64,000 nucleotides of DNA from an uncultured Verrucomicrobiae bacterium. Lineage in GTDB: Bacteria; Verrucomicrobiota; Verrucomicrobiia; Chthoniobacterales; UBA10450. Below the pieces are notes generated by a model. The model was not told where the DNA came from. It ran no database searches and saw nothing but the letters and a program-made list of their open reading frames with translations. The stretch lies in contig CAVYXA010000001.1 in NCBI GenBank assembly GCA_963772365.1, positions 896,001-960,000 on the forward strand, read 5' to 3'. Position numbers and translations under genes: made by a program. This document shows, piece after piece, positions 39,659 to 50,179 of this stretch (positions within the stretch are counted from its first letter, which is position 1; the number at the start of each line of letters is the position of its first letter).

Positions 39659-41920
39659 TCAAAACGCGAACCCGAAGCTGAAATGGAACGCACCAAAATC
39701 TTCGCCACGGTGGCGATCGGGATTGACCCCGTAATCGAGACGAATCGGGCCAATGGGCAACTTGTAGCGCAAACCCACGCCGATGGCGTAACGCATGTTG
39801 TCGAGGCTGGGATGTTCCGAGCTGGGCAAAAGATTACCGGCATCCCCAAAGATTGCCCCTTCCAATTCGCCCAGAATCGGAAACGTGTATTCCACATTGA
39901 AGACTGTAAGAAATTCGCCGCCGATTGGATTTCCCTTGGGATCGTGAGGACCAAGGTCGCGCTCGGTGAAACTGCGCACGGTGTTTGCGCCGCCGTTAAA
40001 GAACCGCTCGTCGATCGGGATCTCGGTGATTTCACCGCGGCCACTCTCAGTGAGCGAATGAATCGCTCCGACCCGAGCACCAAAGGCAATGGAGGACCCG
40101 TGGAACCAGCGCTGGAAAGGAGTATCGGCCGGCGTGGCTACGCCGATCAACGCAGCCTCGGGCGGTTTCGGACCGAGCGGAAGATAATAACCAACTCGCA
40201 TGGTACCGCGGACAAATTCCACCTCACTTCCAAATGCATTGGTGGCTAGATCGAATGTGTTGTTGATGAGAAAGCCGCGCGGCGTGACGAGCGGATTCTC
40301 GCGCAGATCGAGCGTGTTAGTTAGGCCAAGTGTGTTTACGAAATACGAAGTGTCGCCCAGGAACATCTTGTTGATGGTCGAACTGGTAATATCGACATGG
40401 CGAACCGAAAAAATCACGCCCGCTTCATCCTCTTTGATGATCTTTCGTGTGAGCTGAAGCTGGCCACCGATCTCAAATTTTGAATAGCCATCAAAATCAA
40501 AGGTGAGGGCCGCGAGCCGGGATTGAAACGCAAAGCCGCTGTCGAAAAAAAAGGGATCATCGTAAATGATCTCGCCTTTGTAACCGCGCTGAGAAAGTTC
40601 GACAGATGTGGTCAGCGGCCGGCCATAACCAAACAGATTCCGGTCACGATATTGAACCCCCACAATCGCTCCAGGATAAGTGCCGTATCCGACAGAAAGA
40701 CCCAGCTCCTTGGCTTTGGCTTCCTCCACTGAGATATCCAGGCGCAACAAATTTCCATCCACCGGCACCGGATTGACCTGGAGCACGTTAAATAATCCGG
40801 TTTTCATCAGGAGCCGGAACTTCTCATCAAGAACATCCGGGCTGTAGGTCTTGCCACTGAGACTGGTGAACCGTTCTCTCACAAATCCCGGCCGAAGACG
40901 CTCCAGACCGCTGACTCTTACGTCGCCGTCAAAATGATAGACCGGTCCCGCAGCGACTGTAATTTCAACCGGCACGCTTCCATTTTCTGCTTGTTCGGGA
41001 AAACCAGTGGCGGCCACTTTCACATCGTAATAGCCGCGCGTTTTGAAATAGGTCTGAAGCCGGCGCCGGATATCTTCCAATCGAGCATTAGTGTACGGTT
41101 TCTTCAGAAGATCGAAGACTTGACCGCGCAACGTCTCGGCGTCGTATGCGGTCTGGCCGGTGAATTGGGCGTTCCCGAAAAAATATTGCTGTCCCTCGTG
41201 GATCGGGATCGTGACGTTAACGGTGTCACCTTGATAATCGTACTGGGGAGGATCGACAACCGCATCCAGGAAACCTTGCGCGACATAGAACCGGTACATG
41301 AGATCCTCGCCTTCCCGAATGTCGGACGCGACGAACGGCAATGTTTCCTGGAGCCGCGAGTAGCGCTCTCGAGTTGGTCCGACGATATAATCAAACAGTT
41401 GTTCGGTCGGAATGTGCGTATTTCCCTCGAAACGAATCGTGCCGAGCGTCATTATCGGCCCCTCGTGAATGTCCAGAAGGAGCCGATTGCCCGATTCAAT
41501 GGTGTAATGCACGTCCACTTTGGAATAGCCGTGCTTCCGATAAAAGAGCTCAACAAAGAACGCGAGATCGTCCGCCTGCGCAGCGCTCAGGCCGCGCTGC
41601 TCGATTGCGGTAATCTGCTCCTTAACCTGTGATCGCAATTCCTTTTCGGAAAATGCCTGTTGCCCGCGAAATTGCATACTCGCCGCACGCTGAGCGATTT
41701 TTTCTTGTTTCTCTTTTACCGCGTGCTCCGCTTTTTTCTCTTCTTCCGGTTTGGGGACATCGCCAGCCGACTGGGCGATTAGATTTGCTGCGCTAATAAA
41801 CGATGCAAGAGCCGTCATTCCGAACAAAGCGCAGCGAAAGCGAGAAATCTCGCGCAATAATAACCAGGCATTATCACGGGATGGCTCGGCTTCGCTCGAC
41901 ATGATGGCTTTCCGGTTCAT
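39659..41920 (-). CDS. BamA/TamA (Omp85) family outer-membrane assembly protein
   Basis: POTRA-like repeats, ERFFNGGANTVRSF, IGPIRLDYG, C-terminal FSFGFAF; follows tamB by 1 nt. Confidence 0.93.
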   Translation of the reverse strand: MNRKAIMSSEAEPSRDNAWLLLREISRFRCALFGMTALASFISAANLIAQSAGDVPKPEEEKKAEHAVKEKQEKIAQRAASMQFRGQQAFSEKELRSQVKEQITAIEQRGLSAAQADDLAFFVELFYRKHGYSKVDVHYTIESGNRLLLDIHEGPIMTLGTIRFEGNTHIPTEQLFDYIVGPTRERYSRLQETLPFVASDIREGEDLMYRFYVAQGFLDAVVDPPQYDYQGDTVNVTIPIHEGQQYFFGNAQFTGQTAYDAETLRGQVFDLLKKPYTNARLEDIRRRLQTYFKTRGYYDVKVAATGFPEQAENGSVPVEITVAAGPVYHFDGDVRVSGLERLRPGFVRERFTSLSGKTYSPDVLDEKFRLLMKTGLFNVLQVNPVPVDGNLLRLDISVEEAKAKELGLSVGYGTYPGAIVGVQYRDRNLFGYGRPLTTSVELSQRGYKGEIIYDDPFFFDSGFAFQSRLAALTFDFDGYSKFEIGGQLQLTRKIIKEDEAGVIFSVRHVDITSSTINKMFLGDTSYFVNTLGLTNTLDLRENPLVTPRGFLINNTFDLATNAFGSEVEFVRGTMRVGYYLPLGPKPPEAALIGVATPADTPFQRWFHGSSIAFGARVGAIHSLTESGRGEITEIPIDERFFNGGANTVRSFTERDLGPHDPKGNPIGGEFLTVFNVEYTFPILGELEGAIFGDAGNLLPSSEHPSLDNMRYAIGVGLRYKLPIGPIRLDYGVNPDRHRGEDFGAFHFSFGFAF
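41811..41908. repeat. GTCAT-type REP-like doublet inside the 5' end of the Omp85 ORF
   Basis: Reverse complement of the right arm tcatgtcgagcgaagc matches tcatgttgagcgaagc at 39471 (15/16); outer ends gccgtcat and atgatggc pair. Confidence 0.7.
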
Positions 41921-41921
41921 C

Positions 41922-44900
41922 TCAATGAAATCGAAGCAGGTATCTCACCTTTAATCGGAAATCGCCTCCCACCTCAAGATCGCCCACGATTAGAAATTCA
42001 TCGTTAACCCTGAACCGCGCGGTGGCCTGGCGCTGGCCGGTGCGAGGATCGACCTGGCCGAAGCTCAGATCCAATCGACTGAAAATCGTGTTACTCTGAG
42101 TTGATTCTCCTTTCTTGAAAATCTTGCGATAAAGCTGCTGGATGAGCAACATCGCAGCGCGCCCAGCCAGCACATCATTGCCGCTGAGCAATTGCTCTCG
42201 CGTGGCGCCGGTGGCAAGCAAGGAAATAATTTCCTCCTGAGGCAGCGGCGGTTCGCTCGTGAACACGGCTTCGGGCGAGAGCACAGTTCCGTAAACGTAA
42301 ACCCGCACGGTGTAATCCTGAATGATCGAAGTCCCGCGCAAATCGAGCTTGGGATTGAACGGATCACCGCTCGGATCGAAATAGAGAAAGCCCTGGGAAA
42401 CCGAGAGCCGGCTGAACGGCAAAGTAGCATCGACATTATTCAGCCTCACAACTCCGTCCAAACCCGGGTGCAACCCGGTGCCGGTCAATTTCAAATCGAC
42501 GACTGCCTTGCCGGTTGCAAGATTGCCGCGGATCAGCACCGGATCTTTTGTCTTGATCGCCACATCGAACTTCCAATCTCGAAACGGTGGCGTCGTAAAC
42601 GCAAATTCCGGTTCCGCCGGAGGCGGCTGGGGCGGTGGCCGGCCGGGGAGCCCGATCGGAATCAGGTCGATGTTCTTGAGAAACCGGCTGTTCGTTAGGG
42701 CAACGGTCCCGGTCACGTTTGCACTCGTTAATGGCCCCGTAACCCCGACGTCCGCATCGGTTCGGATCGTCATTGTGTCGTTCCGCGCAACCAGAATACT
42801 GTCCGCTTTTAAATGCAGATCGAGCTGGACCGAAGTTAACGATTGAAACTTGATGTTGCCTCCGGCATTGAAATGTCCGCCAGCCAGCTCGCCATTGAAA
42901 CGCTCCAGCGTGAGATTGTCATTAGTGAAAGTCAGGCGAGCCTTGAAGTCGCGTAACGCAGGCAGTGTGGCATTCGCAAATCTCGCCAGAGTAATTGTCG
43001 TATCCGCGTTTCCGCTCAGGTTCGGCTGCGCGACCGTCCCGCCTACATCGACATCCATGGCCAGATCGCCATCGAGCACTTCGAGATCGGGAACAATGCC
43101 GCGAAGAAAATTTACCGAACTTCGCGGCAAATTGATTTTTGCCGTGACAGGGGTATCGCCAGAGATCTTCCGCTCGCGAATCGCTTTCGACAGATTGATC
43201 GGCAGATTTGCCGTCAACGTGAGAGGCTGAATCTGTTTCTGCTCAAGTTTTCCGGCCACATTGAGCTGATTGTTTTGAAGTTGAGCAGTCAGATCAAAAC
43301 TGGCCGGTTCGAGTTTCGGCGCCTTCTGGCTCTGGAGACCGCGCATCTGAAGATCGAAACGAGCGTTCAAATCGGATAATGTTCCGCCGGCATTGAGTTT
43401 TAAATTTAATTCACCGGAACAGGGCGCTTCTGCTCCGAAATCCTGGAATAGCTTTTTGATATCGAGATTCTCTGTTTGAAAGGTGGCCGTGACCTTCCCA
43501 TTGACTGGCGTGACCGGCTTGCTCGTCCCGAGATTTTTCCAAATGAACGGAATCGAGATGTAACCGCTCGCGTATTTCGATTGGGCCTGATTCAATTCAA
43601 TCTTCGAAATCTCCAGCGTCTGGCCTTTCGCTTCCGCGATCAGTTGGAAGTTCATCTGGCTCGTTGAGAGAAAGAAGAGCGGAGCATTGAAGCCTTCGGG
43701 CGAATAGGTCGCGTCAACTTTCGCTTCCACATTTTCCAGATCGCCGTAGCGCCCGTTTTCCAAACGCAATCGCAACGTCCCGGCATCCTGGAATTTTGTG
43801 GCCAGTCCGCTTCCATCCCAGTTCACGGCGAGCGATCCAGCGATTTCGGTGTCGATACCGAGTGCTTGCAACAATGGTTCCAGCTTCGATAAATCCGCGA
43901 TATTCGCCGACAACTTCCCACTATAACGAAACGGCGATTCCAGATCGACAGTCGCATTCGCGGCGATGAAATCGTTTTCATCGATCCGCGCGCTCAACTC
44001 CTTTACACGAAGCTGATTGTTCAAAACCGAGATTTGCCCGGTGAGTTGATTGAACGTCAGATCGCGGACCGCGAGGTTCGAGCCCGAGATCGACAACTCG
44101 CCATCGGCCACTTTGTTTTTCCGATCGATCCGGCCGTTCATCTGCAAGGAACCTGTGATCCGATTTGGAGAATCCTCGGCCCAGTATTCGCCTACGTCTC
44201 TTGCATTGAGATCGATATTCAGATTCACCGCAGTCGCGGTGAGGTTTGCGAAATTCTTTGGCAACTCATATTGCCCGGTCACCGCCAGCTTGTTGTCCGT
44301 TCGATCCAGCGCGAGCCGGTTGATTGTCAAAACGTCATCCGCTGCGCTCAGTGATGCGCTGATCGAATCGAAAACATAGTCGCGGTAATGGATGTCCGCT
44401 GCGTCTGCATTCACGACCGCGCGGAAATCGGCAAACCACGGTTTCTGTTCCTCAGGCGGCGGCATGATCTTGGACGCGCGAATGGCTGCGGTGACTTTGC
44501 CGACGCTTCCCTGTTTGAATCCGACTGAGTCTGCCGAAGCGGTAAGATTTACATGCAGCGTTCCGTTGGTGATTGAAAGTTTCCCGTTAAGCTGGGCTGA
44601 TCCAGTTAACGAATTTGGCGTCCGGGCGGTCAACTGGCCAAGATCGACATGATCGGCCGAAAGTTCGAGCTCCGCGGGCGTGCGACCCAGCTCTTCCATT
44701 TTAGAAGGCAATTGCGCCCAGCCGTGAAGTTCAATGTGATTGCCCGCCTCGATAATTTCGGCTGGTTCGAGAACCAGCTTTCCGTCTTTCACGCGGCCCT
44801 GGATTTCACCCTTGTCGAAACGGAGCGCGCCCAGCTGAAAATCCCGCAGGTTTGCGCTGATCGTGCCATCCCATGTGCTCGGCGAATCCAGTTTGCCGGT

Positions 44901-45809
44901 AAGGTCGATGTCGATGTTCCCAATGTCGCCAGCCAGAAAATTTTCCGGCAACCCTGCATACTTGTTCAGCGCAGAGACGGAAACGTTATGCGCATGCAGT
45001 TCGACCTTGTTCGAAAGAGAGGAAGCTTTCCTAAACCATTTCATCGAGCCAGAGATTTTTCCGCCGCCGATCTCCGTGTCGATGTTGACGTCGAGATTCT
45101 TATTCGCGATCTGTGACGCATCGATGTTCAAGCGAGTGATTCGATCTTGCTCGTTGAGCTGAAGATTTCGAATAACGAGATTCTTGTTCGCGTAGGATGT
45201 CCCGCCGGACAGATCGGTCCAGGTTTGGCCGTTCGGCAGTTGCAACCGCCCAATGTGCACCTTTCCAGGAAGCCGCGGGTCCAAATCCAGATTCACATTT
45301 TGGAGAAACAAATCGTGAGGCTCATCTCGCATGACCACACTCACATCCGATAGCATCAGACGATCGGGAAAGATTGTGAGCGGCACTGTCGCCTTCTTTG
45401 GTTTTTTCTTCGGCGCCGGTGGCGCGTTGGCCGGATTCAAAACGATCCGGGCTGATCGGATCTGAAGATTCTTAAGGAAATCTGAGACTCCATGCCGGAC
45501 CAGATCCCAAAGATTGTAATCGAGATGGATCAAATCGGCATCGATCGATTCCACCTCCGTCGGGCCCGTGGGAGTAACATGCAGATTCCGAAGAGTCAGG
45601 CCGGTGAGGACGTTTCCTTCGATATCGAAGGTCATCTTTAGGTTCTGCGCCGAGGCGGAATGCTGGACGACTTTCTTGACGACGAACTGCAAAAGCGGGC
45701 GGTGAAAAATCACCACTAATCCAAGACACACCAAAAGTGAAATCCCGACGGTGCGAAGCCATTTTCGTCGTCGATGCGGTCCCGTGCTTGCCTGATCCTG
45801 TTTAACCAC
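41922..45809 (-). CDS. tamB: Translocation and assembly module TamB/AsmA-like protein
   Basis: N-terminal anchor, long beta-rich repeats, C-terminal FTSEPPLPQEEIISLLATG. Confidence 0.9.
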   Translation of the reverse strand: MVKQDQASTGPHRRRKWLRTVGISLLVCLGLVVIFHRPLLQFVVKKVVQHSASAQNLKMTFDIEGNVLTGLTLRNLHVTPTGPTEVESIDADLIHLDYNLWDLVRHGVSDFLKNLQIRSARIVLNPANAPPAPKKKPKKATVPLTIFPDRLMLSDVSVVMRDEPHDLFLQNVNLDLDPRLPGKVHIGRLQLPNGQTWTDLSGGTSYANKNLVIRNLQLNEQDRITRLNIDASQIANKNLDVNIDTEIGGGKISGSMKWFRKASSLSNKVELHAHNVSVSALNKYAGLPENFLAGDIGNIDIDLTGKLDSPSTWDGTISANLRDFQLGALRFDKGEIQGRVKDGKLVLEPAEIIEAGNHIELHGWAQLPSKMEELGRTPAELELSADHVDLGQLTARTPNSLTGSAQLNGKLSITNGTLHVNLTASADSVGFKQGSVGKVTAAIRASKIMPPPEEQKPWFADFRAVVNADAADIHYRDYVFDSISASLSAADDVLTINRLALDRTDNKLAVTGQYELPKNFANLTATAVNLNIDLNARDVGEYWAEDSPNRITGSLQMNGRIDRKNKVADGELSISGSNLAVRDLTFNQLTGQISVLNNQLRVKELSARIDENDFIAANATVDLESPFRYSGKLSANIADLSKLEPLLQALGIDTEIAGSLAVNWDGSGLATKFQDAGTLRLRLENGRYGDLENVEAKVDATYSPEGFNAPLFFLSTSQMNFQLIAEAKGQTLEISKIELNQAQSKYASGYISIPFIWKNLGTSKPVTPVNGKVTATFQTENLDIKKLFQDFGAEAPCSGELNLKLNAGGTLSDLNARFDLQMRGLQSQKAPKLEPASFDLTAQLQNNQLNVAGKLEQKQIQPLTLTANLPINLSKAIRERKISGDTPVTAKINLPRSSVNFLRGIVPDLEVLDGDLAMDVDVGGTVAQPNLSGNADTTITLARFANATLPALRDFKARLTFTNDNLTLERFNGELAGGHFNAGGNIKFQSLTSVQLDLHLKADSILVARNDTMTIRTDADVGVTGPLTSANVTGTVALTNSRFLKNIDLIPIGLPGRPPPQPPPAEPEFAFTTPPFRDWKFDVAIKTKDPVLIRGNLATGKAVVDLKLTGTGLHPGLDGVVRLNNVDATLPFSRLSVSQGFLYFDPSGDPFNPKLDLRGTSIIQDYTVRVYVYGTVLSPEAVFTSEPPLPQEEIISLLATGATREQLLSGNDVLAGRAAMLLIQQLYRKIFKKGESTQSNTIFSRLDLSFGQVDPRTGQRQATARFRVNDEFLIVGDLEVGGDFRLKVRYLLRFH

Positions 45810-46011
45810 GAATCCGTTACCCTATGATGCGAAGACGCGGGAGCAACCATCGGCGAGTTCGACTCCACCGCCCGCGCTTCTTGTCTCGCTTAGTATTCGC
45901 AACACCCGCGATATAAAGCGGTAATGCATTGCCAAAACGCTCCGCTCAGCAGCGGTAGGCCAATTCCTCATTGCGCGGCGAGGCCTCTCGCGGCACGCTT
46001 TATTTCACAAC

Positions 46012-46695
46012 ATGAGTCCCGATAGACTTTTCGATTATCTGGATGGCAAACTTTCCGCCCGTGAACGCAGCGAGATCGAGGACCGCCTCGTTTCGGATCC
46101 GCAGTTACAGCGCGAGCTGGCAGTCGCGCGCCGCATTCATGCCAGCATGCGTGGAGATTCGCGTGAAGTTGTGCTCGAAGAAAACCCGAACGCCGAGCGC
46201 AGTCGAACGCTCGCCCTGCGGATTGGCGTCGCCTTTCTGATCCTTACCGGACTCAATGTCGGAATCGGGCTTTGGTTGATCGCCCGACATGAAAGCAAGA
46301 ATCCAAACCGGCCTCTGCTTGAGAAACAAGCGCGCGAGCAAATCACAAAATCGCTGGAAGCCGCGGCAGCGTCGCTTACGCCACTGCCTTCGTTAGGTGT
46401 GAGTGAAATTACTCTCTCGGCTGCGTCAGGAAGATTGAATGCTGTGGCGGACGATGTCGCGGGAGCAGCACGCCGGCTGGGCGGCACGGCAACGAAAGGA
46501 CTTCCGGACAAACATCGAATGACCGTCCTTGTCGATCTTCCGGCCAATCGCGAAACGGAATTTCGACACACGCTTGCTGCAATCACAGGAGGGTCCATCA
46601 TCACGCCTTTCCCGACAGAAATGCCAGCCCCAGGATCGGGAAAAGAGAGTTTCATCATTCAAATCATCGAACTTGCTGCGGCGTCGCAAAAGTGA
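46012..46695 (+). CDS. Anti-sigma-factor-like membrane protein
   Basis: LFDYLDGKLSARERSEIEDRL N-domain followed by a single TM helix. Confidence 0.7.
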   Translation: MSPDRLFDYLDGKLSARERSEIEDRLVSDPQLQRELAVARRIHASMRGDSREVVLEENPNAERSRTLALRIGVAFLILTGLNVGIGLWLIARHESKNPNRPLLEKQAREQITKSLEAAAASLTPLPSLGVSEITLSAASGRLNAVADDVAGAARRLGGTATKGLPDKHRMTVLVDLPANRETEFRHTLAAITGGSIITPFPTEMPAPGSGKESFIIQIIELAAASQK

Positions 46696-47403
46696 TCGCT
46701 ATCACCTTTGCCTTGCCCGCCGAGAGTTCCTGCTTCCTGCGCTATTTGGGCCAGAAAGAGGGCCGAAATGAAAACGGTGTATCGACAGTGCGCGGCAGGA
46801 TCGACAACGCCATCATCGAAGTCGTTCATACCGGCGTCGGCGAAACCATCTGCCGCGAGCGAACCGCGCGTTTTCTGCAGGATCGACAACCGCAGTATTT
46901 GATCAGCTCCGGTTTCTCCGGCGCACTCACGAACCAGCTTCACGCCTGCGAGGTTTTCATTGCGCAAAATTTCTCAACGTTGCCGCTCGATTTCGCCCGA
47001 ACAGCGCTGCCGAGATCTTCCGGTCCGTTTTGTCGATCTTTACACGGCGCAGTCGTTAATCGGCTCGGCTGAGGAGCGCAGGCAAATCGCAGAACGGACC
47101 GGAGCTGTGGCTGTCGATATGGAAACCAAATTCATTGCTCGCGCATGCGCCGAACACGCCGTTCCGATGTTATCGCTGCGTGCTATCAGCGATTCAATTA
47201 TCCAGCCATTTCCAGCGCCGCCGGAAGTCTTGTTCGATTTGGCGCGACAGCGGACCGATCACGCAAAGCTCGCGATGTTCTTCCTGACGCATCCCCATCG
47301 CCTTCCTGCTCTTATTTTCTTCGCCAGAAGAATTTCCCGCGCCCGCAAAAACCTGACAAACGCGCTTGTTAAAGTATGTCGCGCTTTGTCTCAATTGGGA
47401 TGA
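46692..47403 (+). pseudogene. Nucleoside phosphorylase / MTA-SAH nucleosidase family protein, 1-nt insertion near 47010; pseudogene or assembly error
   Basis: ALPAE, TGVG, SSGFSGAL in the first frame; AVDMET, LRAISD in the second frame. Confidence 0.85.
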
Positions 47404-47493
47404 AATCACGAAATTCGCCGAGCAATCCGCCATTAAAAAAACGCAATCCACCGGCAGCAAGCGATATAGCTATATGGTAGGATTTGAGTCGAA

Positions 47494-48516
47494 ATGAAGG
47501 CTGCTTTGCGCATCGGCATCGTGATAGCTGCTCTGGCGGTGGCGGCGATATTGGTTTGGCAAGGCACGACAGCGCACGGAGCGCCTGATCCGCTGCGACC
47601 AAATACCAGCCCGACGGTCGCCTTTCTCGATATCGGAATTCTGGTTTTTCGCGAAGGACTGGAATGCATTTTGGTGCTAGCAGCCGTCACCGCGAGCATG
47701 ATCGGCGCGAAACGTAGCTATCGGCGGCCAATTGTTCTCGGGGCCAGCCTGGCATTTCTGGCTACATTAATTACCTGGTTCATTGCTGTGGGGATCGTCG
47801 ATTCCCTAGGCGAAAACATGCCAGCTCTCGATCTTCAGGCTGCCACTGGTCTGTTGGCGGTGATCGTTCTGTTGGTGATCATGAACTGGTTCTTCCATAA
47901 AATTTACTGGGGTGGCTGGATTCGCGCGCACAATCGACGGCGCAAGTCACTCCTGGAAAACGCCAATGCGGTAGAGATTTCTCAACTGCACCTTTGGTGG
48001 GGATTAGTGCTGCTCGGCTTCACATCGCTTTACCGTGAGGGATTCGAGGTAGTCCTGTTTCTGCAAAGTTACAATCTCCGTTTGGGCAGCGAAGTCGTAT
48101 TCAAGGGTGCGCTCCTCGGGATTGTTTTGTCGGCGATTGTGGCGGTTTTGACATTCGTTCTGCAACAGCGTCTGCCGTATCGAAAAATGTTGATCACGAC
48201 CGGCATCCTCCTCGGCGTGGTTTTGCTGGTCATGGTCGGCGAACAAGCACAGGAAATGCAGCTCGCCCACTGGATACCGACCACCCCGCTCGGACGTCTG
48301 AGCAGCCTGATTCCGCCGTGGATGGGCATGTGGTTCGCCGTGTTCCCGACAGTCGAAACTCTGGCCGCGCAGCTGATTGCCGCAGTTTTAGTAATCGGTT
48401 CTTACTACGCCGCGCGCCGTTTCGGCGGCAGCGTGCTGCCGCAGAGCACGGAAGCGACCGAAAAAGCGCGAACCGAAGCCAGCGCGCCAGTCGGGAAGCA
48501 ATTGGAAGCCGTGTGA
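47494..48516 (+). CDS. FTR1/EfeU family iron permease
   Basis: Two RExxE motifs (REGLE, REGFE); multiple TM segments. Confidence 0.92.
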   Translation: MKAALRIGIVIAALAVAAILVWQGTTAHGAPDPLRPNTSPTVAFLDIGILVFREGLECILVLAAVTASMIGAKRSYRRPIVLGASLAFLATLITWFIAVGIVDSLGENMPALDLQAATGLLAVIVLLVIMNWFFHKIYWGGWIRAHNRRRKSLLENANAVEISQLHLWWGLVLLGFTSLYREGFEVVLFLQSYNLRLGSEVVFKGALLGIVLSAIVAVLTFVLQQRLPYRKMLITTGILLGVVLLVMVGEQAQEMQLAHWIPTTPLGRLSSLIPPWMGMWFAVFPTVETLAAQLIAAVLVIGSYYAARRFGGSVLPQSTEATEKARTEASAPVGKQLEAV

Positions 48517-48593
48517 CGGTGTTCGGTTGTCGAGCTTAACCCATGCTCGACCCAGGTCGGCGGCATGATCCTAGCTGATTTGGATCGACGACA

Positions 48594-49808
48594 ATGACCA
48601 CGGAAACGATCGATGCATTGTTTACTGCGATGCTGAAAATGGGGGAAGGCGTATCAGACCTCCTCTTCGTCCCCGGAAAATCACCCCTGGCCGAGGTCCA
48701 CGGGAGATTGCACGAATTTCCCATTGATTCCGGGGTTCTCAGTTGGGACCAAGTCAAAACCCTGGCCAACCACATCATGAATGGAAACGCGCGTCTAACC
48801 CGGGAATTTGATCTTCTGGGCTCCTGTGATTGCAGCTACTCAATCGATGAGGTCGCCCGCTTCCGCGTTAACATTTTCCGGCAAGATGGCCGCCCGGGAA
48901 TCGTGATGCGCACTCTGCCGGCGGAAGTGCCGACTTTGAATCAACTGGGGCTGCCGCCGGTGTTCCAGGAGATTGTGAAGGAAAGGAACGGAATCGTGTT
49001 GATCACCGGAAGCGCTGGCAGCGGCAAAACTACAACTCTCGCGGCAGTGGTGGACGCGCTTAATCAGACGGAACAGATCCACATCGTTACGCTTGAAGAC
49101 CCGGTAGAATTTCAACACACCCACAAAAGAGCCGTCATCAATCAGCGCGAATTAGGCAAAGATTTTCCCACGTTTGCCGACGGGCTTCGGGCGGCCCTGC
49201 GGCAGGCGCCAAAGGTGATCTTGGTCGGCGAAATTCGCGACCGCGAATCGATGGAGATTGCCATGACAGCCAGTGAAACAGGTCATCTGGTTTTTAGCAC
49301 GCTTCACACTGTAAACGCCGGCCAGACAATCAATCGAATCATCGGGATGTTTCCTCGGGAGGAAGAGCAGCAACTTCGACAGCGCCTTTCCGAGACGATT
49401 CGCTACGTCGTGAGTCAGCGTCTAGTGAGCAAGGTCAATGGCGGTCGATTGCTGATCACCGAAGTAATGGGCAGCAGCTTGCGAACACGCGAGACCATTG
49501 TTTACGGCGAGTCGGAAACAAAAACTTTCGTGGAAATGATGGAATCTGGCTCGACGCTCGGCTGGCACACATTTGATCAATCTCTTCTCAAAGCGTACGA
49601 GGCAGATCTGATCGCTGAAGAAACCGCTATGACCTACTGCACGAACAAGAACCGGATGCGACGCGACCTGGACCAAGCCAAGAAGCGTCTCGGTGCGGCT
49701 GTGCCAGAAGCCCCTTCAGGGCTCAAATTGAACATTCCCAAGTCGATCTCGGCCATTCTCGAGGAGCAGCAGCATGCGCAGGCGATGACACCTGGCAGCC
49801 GCCCTTGA
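48594..49808 (+). CDS. pilT: PilT/PilU family type IV pilus retraction ATPase
   Basis: RFRVNIF, GSAGSGKTT, LEDPVE, ALRQAP, GEIRD, TGHLVFSTLH. Confidence 0.92.
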   Translation: MTTETIDALFTAMLKMGEGVSDLLFVPGKSPLAEVHGRLHEFPIDSGVLSWDQVKTLANHIMNGNARLTREFDLLGSCDCSYSIDEVARFRVNIFRQDGRPGIVMRTLPAEVPTLNQLGLPPVFQEIVKERNGIVLITGSAGSGKTTTLAAVVDALNQTEQIHIVTLEDPVEFQHTHKRAVINQRELGKDFPTFADGLRAALRQAPKVILVGEIRDRESMEIAMTASETGHLVFSTLHTVNAGQTINRIIGMFPREEEQQLRQRLSETIRYVVSQRLVSKVNGGRLLITEVMGSSLRTRETIVYGESETKTFVEMMESGSTLGWHTFDQSLLKAYEADLIAEETAMTYCTNKNRMRRDLDQAKKRLGAAVPEAPSGLKLNIPKSISAILEEQQHAQAMTPGSRP

Positions 49809-49838
49809 TCCGTTTCGTTGATTCGACGGCGTCCAGAT

Positions 49839-49867
49839 TTGACGATTCGATACAGCCCGAGTAGGCT
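49839..49867 (+). promoter_or_regulatory. Sigma-70-like promoter of rpsU
   Basis: TTGACG-N17-TAGGCT; AGGAG upstream of the ATG. Confidence 0.6.
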
Positions 49868-49911
49868 CCGCTTCGCCAGTCAGCAAATTTACCAAGTCAG
49901 GAGTGATTTAG

Positions 49912-50106
49912 ATGCCAGAAGTGATCGTTCGCAAAGGTGAACCCGTCGATCGCGCGTTGAAGCGGCTGAAGAACAAGCTGGATGCAGAAGGGATTCTCGA
50001 GGAGGTCCGCCGTTTGCGCGCCTTCGAGACGCCTTCTCAGAAGCATCGCCGCAAGGCCAAAGCCAACGCCAAACGCGGTCGAACGAAGTTCCGTTTCAAT
50101 CCGTAA
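49912..50106 (+). CDS. rpsU: 30S ribosomal protein S21
   Basis: EPVDRALKRLK, FETPSQKHRRK. Confidence 0.95.
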   Translation: MPEVIVRKGEPVDRALKRLKNKLDAEGILEEVRRLRAFETPSQKHRRKAKANAKRGRTKFRFNP

Positions 50107-50109
50107 GAC

Positions 50110-50170
50110 CGGTAAACAATTGAAAGTTAAAAGGTTAAAGGTTTACCATTAACTATTTAACTTACTGTTT
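50110..50170. terminator. AT-rich inverted repeat between convergent genes (possible bidirectional terminator)
   Basis: AAGTTAAAAGGTTAA and TTAACTATTTAACTT pair at 13/15; also GGTAAAC/GTTTACC. Confidence 0.45.
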
Positions 50171-50179
50171 AGCTCCGCC

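Noticed and set aside
39457..40089. 210-aa minus-strand ORF and similar shadow ORFs throughout the window
   Set aside because: They overlap well-supported genes or REP DNA and carry no recognisable motifs.
47494..49808. Functional link between the FTR1 permease and PilT
   Set aside because: Adjacency only; no shared motif, and no EfeO/EfeB or pilin genes nearby.
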